The notes under the pieces are model-generated. The model was not told the DNA's origin and did not search any database. It saw only the letters and a program-made list of their open reading frames with translations. From positions 1-56,713 of IMG/VR virus record IMGVR_UViG_3300037722_000354: a stretch of 56,713 nt of DNA. One strand, 5' to 3'. Made by a program: the position numbers and the translations under genes. This DNA comes from a virus. Positions 33,204 through 40,418 of this stretch are shown here, piece by piece. Numbering within the stretch: the first letter of the stretch is position 1; every line of letters starts with the position of its first letter.

Positions 33204-33307
33204 GACGTTGCCCGCACCACAACAAAGATTAACGAAGCGATTGAAATGCCGAGGGCGAAAAAAGCGAGCGCAAGCGCCACCATGACGGCCCCGTATGCGT
33301 CGCTCAC
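33200..33307 (-). CDS. Micro-ORF encoding a single-TM peptide (35 aa)
   Basis: A GTG start forms GTGA with the PhyH stop, and its TGA overlaps the TTG start of the methyltransferase. Peptide (M)SDAYGAVMVALALAFFALGISIASLIFVVVRATS. Confidence 0.35.
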   Translation of the reverse strand: MSDAYGAVMVALALAFFALGISIASLIFVVVRATS

Positions 33308-34080
33308 GGCTTCACCACCAGATTAGCCCGCCCGCAATCCCGCCCGACATAAGGCGTCACATCAAACTCCCCGCTCAATGTCAAATCATCCTCCGGCGTC
33401 CACACCCGCGTAACGCACGCGAAGCTATAACCATCCGACGTGTTCGGGTTGGAACGATGAATCAAATTCCTGTCGAAGACAATCAAATCCCCGCGCTTGC
33501 TCTCGCAAACATGCTCAGGGAATTCAGCCACGAAATTCTCAGGCACCTCGAATTGACGGAAAGCGTTCTGTCCCTCTTGATATTCCGCAAACGGCCAGTC
33601 CCGCTTATGGCTCCCGAGCTTCACGCTCATCACCCCGTTGTCCTTGGTCTTGTCGGCAAATACCGGAAACCAGATGTTCAGGAAGCGGCGGCGCTTGGGA
33701 TAGTAATGCGCCTCGCTATGCCATTTATAAAGCAGCCGTGTTGTGTTCGGGCGGTTGATAAGCAAGCCCGGCCCGCTGATTAAGAGATTCCTCGTACTGC
33801 ATTGCAAGAGGCCAGCGCACGTCTCGCGGAATTGCTCACCGAATAACTCCCCAACCCAAGGCGAGAGTGGCAGCATCTTCTGCACCTGATAGAGTGCTTC
33901 CTTGTCCTTGGCTTCCATCGCCTCGCAGATCGCCGGTAGATCGTCCGGCAAATCGCTGTAGTCAGCTATCTTGTGGGCCTGGAGCGAATAAAGCCTTGTG
34001 ATCGATTGCTCGAATTCAGTCAGATCATCCAGATCGAAGAAGCGCTTGATATGGGTAAAGCCCCTGTCGGCAAAACTCAC
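33304..34080 (-). CDS. Phytanoyl-CoA dioxygenase (PhyH)-family Fe(II)/2-oxoglutarate oxygenase
   Basis: 258 aa. WHSEAHYY (H-x-D/E facial-triad context) and a distal NLIHRS His. Size and pattern fit PhyH. Confidence 0.55.
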   Translation of the reverse strand: MSFADRGFTHIKRFFDLDDLTEFEQSITRLYSLQAHKIADYSDLPDDLPAICEAMEAKDKEALYQVQKMLPLSPWVGELFGEQFRETCAGLLQCSTRNLLISGPGLLINRPNTTRLLYKWHSEAHYYPKRRRFLNIWFPVFADKTKDNGVMSVKLGSHKRDWPFAEYQEGQNAFRQFEVPENFVAEFPEHVCESKRGDLIVFDRNLIHRSNPNTSDGYSFACVTRVWTPEDDLTLSGEFDVTPYVGRDCGRANLVVKP

Positions 34081-34709
34081 GTCTTGCCTTTCTCAAATAA
34101 CCAATAATGTAAATTATCCAACCCCGTCTCTCGCTTCCAAATAAATCCATAACTCAAGCATTTCAAATCGGGAAAGCTATCCATCCAGAACGAACCGAAG
34201 TCCCGCTTGAACAGCTTGTCCTCGTTATACCGATAAGGAATGCTCACCGGCGTATCGTTGAAATATTCAATGCAGGCGACCCACCGGGAGGCACACCGAT
34301 GGATCGACCTGCACGAGTCAGCCAATTCATGGGGAGGGACATGAATCAGGACGCCGGAAGTGAAAGCCAGTTCGGCTACATTGTCGGGAAACCCGATATT
34401 CTGTGCCGTCCCGTCGATGACCTGTTCGCACAGCCCGGTTAGTTCAAGGTCTGTCCTTGCCTGTTCGTTCGGTTCGACCGCGTAGAACTTGGGCCTTCCA
34501 TCCAACAGGTAATTGAGCGATTTGATATTGAGGCCGGTATTGGACCCGACTTCCAGAATACTCCCCGGCACCTTGCCAAGCGCAAGCATTATGCGAGCCC
34601 ACAAGAGATTATAGGCTGGCAGGTAGTCCTCATCGTTCCTGATCGAATATGAGTTTCCGAAACTCCCGCGCCAGAATTCCTCTTGCGGTGTAATGCCGTT
34701 TGCCTTCAC
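34077..34709 (-). CDS. Pseudaminic-acid-biosynthesis-associated methylase family protein
   Basis: The GTG at 34709 makes a GTGA overlap (the ORF extends to 34742). QEEFWRGSFGNSYSIRN...ILEVGSNTGLNIKSL matches the family pattern FW.g.FG..Y..RN ... iLE.G.N.G.NL. Confidence 0.65.
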   Translation of the reverse strand: MKANGITPQEEFWRGSFGNSYSIRNDEDYLPAYNLLWARIMLALGKVPGSILEVGSNTGLNIKSLNYLLDGRPKFYAVEPNEQARTDLELTGLCEQVIDGTAQNIGFPDNVAELAFTSGVLIHVPPHELADSCRSIHRCASRWVACIEYFNDTPVSIPYRYNEDKLFKRDFGSFWMDSFPDLKCLSYGFIWKRETGLDNLHYWLFEKGKT

Positions 34710-34960
34710 AGTTTGCGCGCCTTCAGTTCGCCGCCTTCCCATGTGACCGCGTGGGTTTCACCAACCCAACCGCGCGGGAGTATGGCATCATGAAGCGCAA
34801 TCTCAAGCTGGCGAACGCGGTTTTCCCAATGACCCCGCTCATAGTTCAATCGCTGTATGGCGTGTGTAACCATCGGCCTAGTCACTGCTTCGCCACGGCC
34901 AGCCCAATCGTGAAGTTCCTGTAAATGGTCGTCCAGCTCATACTTGAAAACCTCAGGCAT
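34706..34960 (-). CDS. Hypothetical small protein within the sugar cluster
   Basis: 84 aa from the ATG at 34960 (8-nt overlap with the PseI-like stop). No motif recognised. Confidence 0.45.
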   Translation of the reverse strand: MPEVFKYELDDHLQELHDWAGRGEAVTRPMVTHAIQRLNYERGHWENRVRQLEIALHDAILPRGWVGETHAVTWEGGELKARKL

Positions 34961-35699
34961 GAATTGCCTCGACCATCTGCCTGAATTCGTCCGGCTCCAA
35001 TGAGAACGCAGCGTCAGGCCCGCCATTCGAGCGAGATAGCGTTATGTGCTTCTCAATGATCTGGGCGTTGTAGTTCTTGACCGCGCTGACCGCCGCTTCA
35101 ATACCGGGCGTATGATCGGAGAAGCCTATGCGCCTCGACGGCAAGGCCCTATGCAACTCCCTTATTCTGTGAAGCATCGCTTCCTCAATCTTGCACGGGT
35201 AGCGTGAGACACAATGCAAGTATGAAATATCGTTATCCGGTAGCTCTGGTATATCCTTGCCGGGTAGTGAAATTACGATTGGCTTGCCGGTATCTGCCGC
35301 CGACATAATCAGCCGCCCGTCGCCCGCCTCCATCGCACTGATCTTGTACGCAGGGCACCCGAGCGTTTCGAGAAACTCAATATCCTTCACATCGAATACC
35401 GACGAGAAGACCTGAATTCCAATATCCCGCCCGTATTCAAATAGCTTGGGAAACCATTCCCTTGGCGTGTGCGTCTCGCGGTACAGGTCCAGCAGATTGC
35501 GCCCGTCCCACAATCCGCCCGACAGCACCTTATCCTTGCCGCCCCTGCGTTCGGCCAATCGTTCTGGATCGAAACATTGCAGCTTGGCAGCGTCAGCGCC
35601 CGCATCCTTCGCGGCCCGGATCAATGTCAATGCGTTCGTGAACTGCCCGCGATGCTCGCCGCTTAGCTCGGCAATGATAAACGGCTTAGCGAAGCGCAT
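34953..35699 (-). CDS. pseI: Pseudaminic acid synthase-like (NeuB-family nonulosonate synthase) without a SAF domain
   Basis: 248 aa. FIIAELSGEH...AAKLQ...AYKISA...GFSDHT... is the NeuB TIM-barrel pattern. It ends before the usual C-terminal SAF/antifreeze-like domain. Confidence 0.7.
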   Translation of the reverse strand: MRFAKPFIIAELSGEHRGQFTNALTLIRAAKDAGADAAKLQCFDPERLAERRGGKDKVLSGGLWDGRNLLDLYRETHTPREWFPKLFEYGRDIGIQVFSSVFDVKDIEFLETLGCPAYKISAMEAGDGRLIMSAADTGKPIVISLPGKDIPELPDNDISYLHCVSRYPCKIEEAMLHRIRELHRALPSRRIGFSDHTPGIEAAVSAVKNYNAQIIEKHITLSRSNGGPDAAFSLEPDEFRQMVEAIHA

Positions 35700-36093
35700 A
35701 GGTTTCCTGAATCAGCTTGAAGCCCTGATCCTTGAAGAACTCGATGCTCCGGGAATTCCTGGGCGAGACGTTCGCCAGCATCTTGCCCGGCCAGTATTTG
35801 CGCAATTGGGCCAATGCCTCTGCCCCATAGCCCTTGCCCGCGTGCTTCTGGAACAGGAACAGCCCGACCTCTCTCTGCTTGCTCAGATAGATAGAGCCTA
35901 CAATCTCATCATCGTTGTGGATCAGATACCAAGCTTTGTACGGGACGGAATTCACGAACTCGACGTGCTGCTCATAGCTCGGCATGGAGCAATGGCTGAT
36001 GCTTTGGTCCGCCGTGCGTTCGGCCAATAGCTCGTAGAGAATGCGGCAGGTCTGTTCGGTAGGACCGCATTTGTAGATGTTGCGCAGATTCAT
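35686..36093 (-). CDS. pseH: GNAT N-acetyltransferase (PseH-like)
   Basis: 135 aa. ...IVGSIYL...KHAGKGYGAEAL...SIEFFKDQGFKL contains the GNAT Q/R-x-x-G-x-G/A acetyl-CoA motif (HAGKGYG). Sits between the PseF-like and PseI-like genes. Confidence 0.6.
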   Translation of the reverse strand: MNLRNIYKCGPTEQTCRILYELLAERTADQSISHCSMPSYEQHVEFVNSVPYKAWYLIHNDDEIVGSIYLSKQREVGLFLFQKHAGKGYGAEALAQLRKYWPGKMLANVSPRNSRSIEFFKDQGFKLIQETYALR

Positions 36094-36725
36094 GCGGCTT
36101 GGCGGGCCTGCATGAATTCCGCCAATCGCTTAATATCCTCTGCATAGTCAATGGTATATCGGTCGTCGGTCATTTTGCGCAGCGACGACAATTCAGCTGT
36201 CTCGCAGTTGCTCTGCATCCAAGAAGTGACGTGCTCCCGATCATATGGGTCAGTAGCTTCCGTGTTTGCCTGCGCAAGCGCACGCATAGTAAAGGCCTCA
36301 CAATCATAGCCGCGTGGCCACGTCCGCCTCGGATACACGTTGCTCGCGTAGTCCACGCACAACGCAAAACGAAGGGCTATTACGCGGTCACATAGAAAAG
36401 GCTCAATCAATGGGCAGTCGCCAGTAATGCGAACAATAACATCGACGTCACTAAGCCCAAAAGACTCCGCCGCATTATAGAACCGCGTCAGAACGTCATT
36501 CTCATCGCACTGGTCATACCAAGCGCGGAAGTCGCATTCGTCAATGACAGGCTGTAGTGCGTCTGCGTCAGCATATGGTGCCGCTACGCAATAATGGTCC
36601 GCTTTAATCTGTTTCGCCCTCGTCAGCACATGCCATAGCACTGGATGGCCGCATAGCTCAGCCATGACCTTTCCGGGGAAACGCTTGGAGCCAAGTCTTG
36701 CTTGAACTATGACGGCGGTCCTCAT
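36090..36725 (-). CDS. pseF: Cytidylyltransferase (PseF/SpsF-type CMP-nonulosonate synthetase)
   Basis: 211 aa. N-terminal AVIVQARLGSKRFPGKV is the signature of acylneuraminate/SpsF-type cytidylyltransferases. Confidence 0.7.
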   Translation of the reverse strand: MRTAVIVQARLGSKRFPGKVMAELCGHPVLWHVLTRAKQIKADHYCVAAPYADADALQPVIDECDFRAWYDQCDENDVLTRFYNAAESFGLSDVDVIVRITGDCPLIEPFLCDRVIALRFALCVDYASNVYPRRTWPRGYDCEAFTMRALAQANTEATDPYDREHVTSWMQSNCETAELSSLRKMTDDRYTIDYAEDIKRLAEFMQARQAA

Positions 36726-37306
36726 CGGAACAACTCCACCTGACTAAGATCAGGATAGTCACTGTTCGGCAGCGGCTCGTTGTTCTTGGGCAGGATTGCC
36801 AGTCTCGTTAAACCTTCCGCAGCATCCCTCGGCATCATGTACGCATGATAGCCAAGCACGTCGAACGTGGACTCGCCTCGCTCACTGCGTCCGTCAAATC
36901 TAGCCTTGCGTAGCCATTCGTCGGCTTTGGGATCGTCGTGCAGGATCGCCCCGCCCTGTCCAACCGACAGATGTTTGCTCCAGTGAAACGACAGGCACAT
37001 CATCCCACCAAGGTACATGCCGCTCGTTAGCAACCGCGCATAGTCAAAGATCGGATATGGATAGAGCTGATAGCCGCCAACCCATTCGTGGTCCCGAAAC
37101 TTAACCTTCCCGCCCACGTTTAATATGCTCATAGGCACGCCGACATAAGTCCGCTTCGGTATTTCTACCTCGTCAACCTTATGCCATTTGCACGCCAACA
37201 ATAATGCCATCGTGCAGGACGTAGTGGCAACCGCGTAAGGAGCACCGGTATATTCGCACAGCGCCCGCTCGAACATGCGGACCACTTCAAATGGATCGCA
37301 GGACAT
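36722..37306 (-). CDS. pseC: Truncated-size DegT/DnrJ/EryC1-type PLP aminotransferase (PseC-like)
   Basis: 194 aa. AVATTSCTMALLLA...EVEIP and SFHWSKHLSVGQGGAI (PLP-lysine context SF..K....GeGG). About half the normal length of the family. Confidence 0.55.
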   Translation of the reverse strand: MSCDPFEVVRMFERALCEYTGAPYAVATTSCTMALLLACKWHKVDEVEIPKRTYVGVPMSILNVGGKVKFRDHEWVGGYQLYPYPIFDYARLLTSGMYLGGMMCLSFHWSKHLSVGQGGAILHDDPKADEWLRKARFDGRSERGESTFDVLGYHAYMMPRDAAEGLTRLAILPKNNEPLPNSDYPDLSQVELFR

Positions 37307-37418
37307 ATATCAGTTTAATCACTACGACCAATAACAAGACTCCGGCGATTGACCAGCAATAGATCAAATAGGATCGCCACGCGGGATCAGCCCAAATCTC
37401 TTTGATTTCGCGAATCAT
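37287..37418 (-). CDS. Micro-ORF encoding a single-TM peptide (43 aa)
   Basis: The ATG forms ATGA with the PseB-like stop, and the ORF overlaps the PseC-like start by 20 nt. Peptide MIREIKEIWADPAWRSYLIYCWSIAGVLLLVVVIKLIYVLRSI. Confidence 0.4.
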   Translation of the reverse strand: MIREIKEIWADPAWRSYLIYCWSIAGVLLLVVVIKLIYVLRSI

Positions 37419-38254
37419 ATCGTCTCCAATGCGCGGGTTAATTCAGGAACCGCCATCCTACGGGCGGCATCACTCGAATTGCCATCGCACATTGCTTCGT
37501 GCTGTTTCTCATATTTGGGCAGGCCAATAACGTTAATCTGCTTCCCCATCGCCTCTGCAAGATCGGCCAGTCGGTAAGCAGGCAGCGTCGGGATATTCAA
37601 CTCCCCGCCCTTCATTGTCTCAATCGTCTTGATTACCAGATCAATCGCTTCGTCCATCAGCATCCAGAACCTGGTACAGTCAGGATCGGTCACGGGGACC
37701 ACGCCGTTCATCCCGCGCCATCTTGGAATTACCGAGCCCTGCGAGCCAGCGACGTTTCCATATCTCGTGACAGCGAATATCGGCCCGTCCTCGCCCCGCG
37801 TATTGTTGGCGTTCAGGAACAGGCTTTCAGCCAATGCCTTGGTCTGGCCGTAAGGACTCACCGGCTGATATGCCTTGTCGGTGCTTAGTGCGACGACCTT
37901 CTGAACCCCGGCATCCTGGGCGGCTTCAATGACGTTCATGGCTCCGTGAACGTTCGTCTTCACCATTTCTCCGGGATTGTACTGCCCGACCTCGATACGC
38001 TTTAGTGCGGCGGCGTGTACGACCAGATCGACTCCACTAAAAGCACGCCTAAGCCTATCCCTATCGCGCACGCACCCGAGTAAATAACGAACTCGACTAT
38101 CATTGATATCATCGGCCATCTCGGCTTGCTTGTGTTCGTCCCTCGATAGAACAGCTACACGCCTTGGCTTGTGGTCGCGCAATAATCTCTTGACGAATGC
38201 CCTGCCGAAACTGCCCGTGCCACCTGTAATCAGGACCGATTGGCCGTCGATCAA
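37415..38254 (-). CDS. pseB: UDP-GlcNAc 4,6-dehydratase (PseB/FlaA1/CapD-type short-chain dehydratase)
   Basis: 279 aa. VLITGGTGSFG...VHAAALK...STDKA...YGQTK...RYGNVAGSQGSV follows the PseB sequence pattern closely. The TTG start overlaps the terS-like stop (cATTGA). Confidence 0.8.
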   Translation of the reverse strand: MIDGQSVLITGGTGSFGRAFVKRLLRDHKPRRVAVLSRDEHKQAEMADDINDSRVRYLLGCVRDRDRLRRAFSGVDLVVHAAALKRIEVGQYNPGEMVKTNVHGAMNVIEAAQDAGVQKVVALSTDKAYQPVSPYGQTKALAESLFLNANNTRGEDGPIFAVTRYGNVAGSQGSVIPRWRGMNGVVPVTDPDCTRFWMLMDEAIDLVIKTIETMKGGELNIPTLPAYRLADLAEAMGKQINVIGLPKYEKQHEAMCDGNSSDAARRMAVPELTRALETI

Positions 38255-38589
38255 TGTGCAGTCTCTTGCTTCTGCTTAACGGCGCGGGCCAGAAGGAATG
38301 AAACTTCACGCGCGGCTTCGGTGTCGTTTACCGTGCGAATCTCAAGCGGATTGTCGGGGTCACCAGTCAGTTGCATTGCTTGCGCGGGCTTGCCGTCTAA
38401 GCGGTCTGCGATTTCCCGGATTGCCCAGCCTTCACCATTCCCAGCCAGTTCGAGAAGCTTCTTGGCTATTTCGCGCAGCGCTTTATGGTCTGCACCAACA
38501 GCAGCTATTTCCATCCGAAGCGCATCGGCAAACGGCTTCTCTATCTTCCGCCCATCTGGGTTTCCAGATTGGCCAGGCTTCCACGCCAT
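38251..38589 (-). CDS. terS: Terminase small subunit candidate (GQSGNP-motif family)
   Basis: 112 aa from the ATG at 38589, MAWKPGQSGNPDGRK... The N-terminal GQSGNP.GR motif is common in small terminases of alphaproteobacterial phages. First gene of the late array. Confidence 0.5.
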   Translation of the reverse strand: MAWKPGQSGNPDGRKIEKPFADALRMEIAAVGADHKALREIAKKLLELAGNGEGWAIREIADRLDGKPAQAMQLTGDPDNPLEIRTVNDTEAAREVSFLLARAVKQKQETAH

Positions 38590-38859
38590 TGCTAGCAATC
38601 CTAAATTATTGTGTTGTCTAAGCCCTATCGTCTCGATGATGGGGGATGGGGATTGTTGGAACACATTTGATTTCGGAACGAATCCTTCACGCACCCTTCC
38701 GGGGCGGGATAGACCAAATCATAGGCATATTACTTTGCCAACCTCTCAGCGCATATCGCCATGCCTGAGACGCGGGCTCTCAGACATTTAGTCCTTTGTA
38801 CTCAGTGCCTGGCTGCTATCAATTCTTCACCGCTCATTCCGAGCGGAGGAGAAACGAAA

Positions 38860-39144
38860 ATGCAAATCGGATTAGAGGCACAAGTAAGAGCCAACATCAT
38901 CAACCGCGCGGCGAAAGGATGGCAGCTCGCATTTACGGACGGCAACTTATTCGACGAGGGCTGGCTGATTGAAAAGACGGAAGGGCTTTTCGCCGTACCG
39001 CACACAAACAAGGATGCCACAGAATTTGTTGTGACTAGGGCTTGGGACGAAGACCCGTTAGCACTTCTCGCTCTCGACTTTCTGCGGCTGAACAGCCCGT
39101 TCAGATATGTGGAAGCAATTAAGATTGCGCACGACTCTGCGTGA
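38860..39144 (+). CDS. Hypothetical protein (opposite-strand gene in the late-operon leader)
   Basis: 94 aa from the ATG at 38860, preceded by gagcggaggagaaacgaaa. Followed by a perfect hairpin. Confidence 0.5.
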   Translation: MQIGLEAQVRANIINRAAKGWQLAFTDGNLFDEGWLIEKTEGLFAVPHTNKDATEFVVTRAWDEDPLALLALDFLRLNSPFRYVEAIKIAHDSA

Positions 39145-39157
39145 TCTTTGGCGCCCC

Positions 39158-39183
39158 CCCGAGGGGCCATTGAATCCCTCGGG
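39158..39183 (+). terminator. Perfect 8-bp hairpin after the plus-strand gene (weak T-tract)
   Basis: CCCGAGGG-gccattgaat-CCCTCGGG, followed by ccttctgg. Confidence 0.35.
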
Positions 39184-39325
39184 CCTTCTGGCGGCCGCTT
39201 TCACGGGGGCTTCGTGGCGGGCTTCCGATCCCGACCAAATCACTTGCGAGGATGCGCGCGCAGAACTCCCGCACGACGCAGGATTAAACCGGCCATTGCG
39301 GAGATCGGTCAGCATGGCTGACTCG

Positions 39326-39922
39326 CTACGACGCAAGGCCCAACGCTTTCTTTAGTGCCATATTTCGTGCCTCGCCGTCAAGAGCGTCTATACCTCGTAG
39401 GGCGTCATACGGACTGATCCGAACTCCGACAGGGCCGCTGTCCTGTTCGCCCACATTATCCCGCGTCTTTCGGCGGCGTCGGCGCTTCCCGGCGACCTCC
39501 AAAACGTCCTGTGCATAGGCTTCCCGAATCCGCAGATGGTCAATCATGGTGTCAGGCGCTACCGCCGCGACACCCGCCGCATAGACTATCGCCTTCACCC
39601 CCGGACAGGCCAGAATGCGCCGTCGATGCTCCATTAAATCCCACACGAATACAAATACATAGCCTGGAAACAGGGTTTTGTCCCTGCTTAGTATACGCCG
39701 AAAGCGATCCTTGAACTTCACCGTCAGGCTAGGAAGAAACACCCCAAAGCGCCGGGCGGCCAAGTGAGCAGCGGCCACAAATTCATGTGTCGGGTACGTC
39801 TCTACGATATGCCAAAGCGGGTCTGTCTCAGGCACTATCGTTGCCTCGATAACCCCTAGCTTTTGGGCTTCGTCTGCCGCCAAGGCCAGCAACCGCTCAT
39901 GATCGACCGCAAGCATTGCCAT
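39326..39922 (-). CDS. NusG/RfaH-family (NGN domain) transcription antitermination factor
   Basis: 198 aa. WHIVETYPTHEFVAAAHL...VFLPSL...TLFPGYVFVFV...CPGVKAIVY...APDTMIDHLR follows the NGN pattern (W.vv.t...E...flP...lFPGYvFV...gV..iv...v....i..l). Confidence 0.7.
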   Translation of the reverse strand: MAMLAVDHERLLALAADEAQKLGVIEATIVPETDPLWHIVETYPTHEFVAAAHLAARRFGVFLPSLTVKFKDRFRRILSRDKTLFPGYVFVFVWDLMEHRRRILACPGVKAIVYAAGVAAVAPDTMIDHLRIREAYAQDVLEVAGKRRRRRKTRDNVGEQDSGPVGVRISPYDALRGIDALDGEARNMALKKALGLAS

Positions 39923-39977
39923 TCTCTTTCTGCCTCGTATTGAGATTGGAGTTGGGACTATAATCTCAGTGCTTGTT

Positions 39978-40313
39978 TTATCTTTCTTCAGTACGTTGGC
40001 TCCGTGCCGTGAGCCTTTGGCTGTGCTGGTTCCCGCGATATGCCGCCGCTGCTCTTTTACTTTCCTCGTTTCGTTTTTCTACAGTCCAAGCCCCGCTGTC
40101 ATGGCTACCGTCTTTTCTTGCACGGCAATTTATGCAGTCCCGTTCGGGGGCTATTGCGGGGCCTTGACCAATTCGCCTCGACAGCCAAGGCGGGACGTTC
40201 TTGAGTATCGTCGGCCAAGTGCATAGCCACACCTCGATGCGAGTTTCCTCGCCTGTAGTCGCGTCAACGCGACAGGCGTCGTCAGACAAGTTGCGATAAA
40301 CGCATGGGTCCAT
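39978..40313 (-). CDS. Hypothetical protein
   Basis: 111-aa ORF downstream of the primase-helicase, with a GGGAGA-type RBS. Composition is only moderately protein-like. Confidence 0.35.
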   Translation of the reverse strand: MDPCVYRNLSDDACRVDATTGEETRIEVWLCTWPTILKNVPPWLSRRIGQGPAIAPERDCINCRARKDGSHDSGAWTVEKRNEESKRAAAAYRGNQHSQRLTARSQRTEER

Positions 40314-40418
40314 TTTCTTTTCTCCCTCAAACTTGTTCGGTGTTAACGTACTGAAGTCCGGTTGCTCTTGCTGAAGCGGTCAAAGTCCCAAAATCTTTTC
40401 TATCCATTACCAACACCC

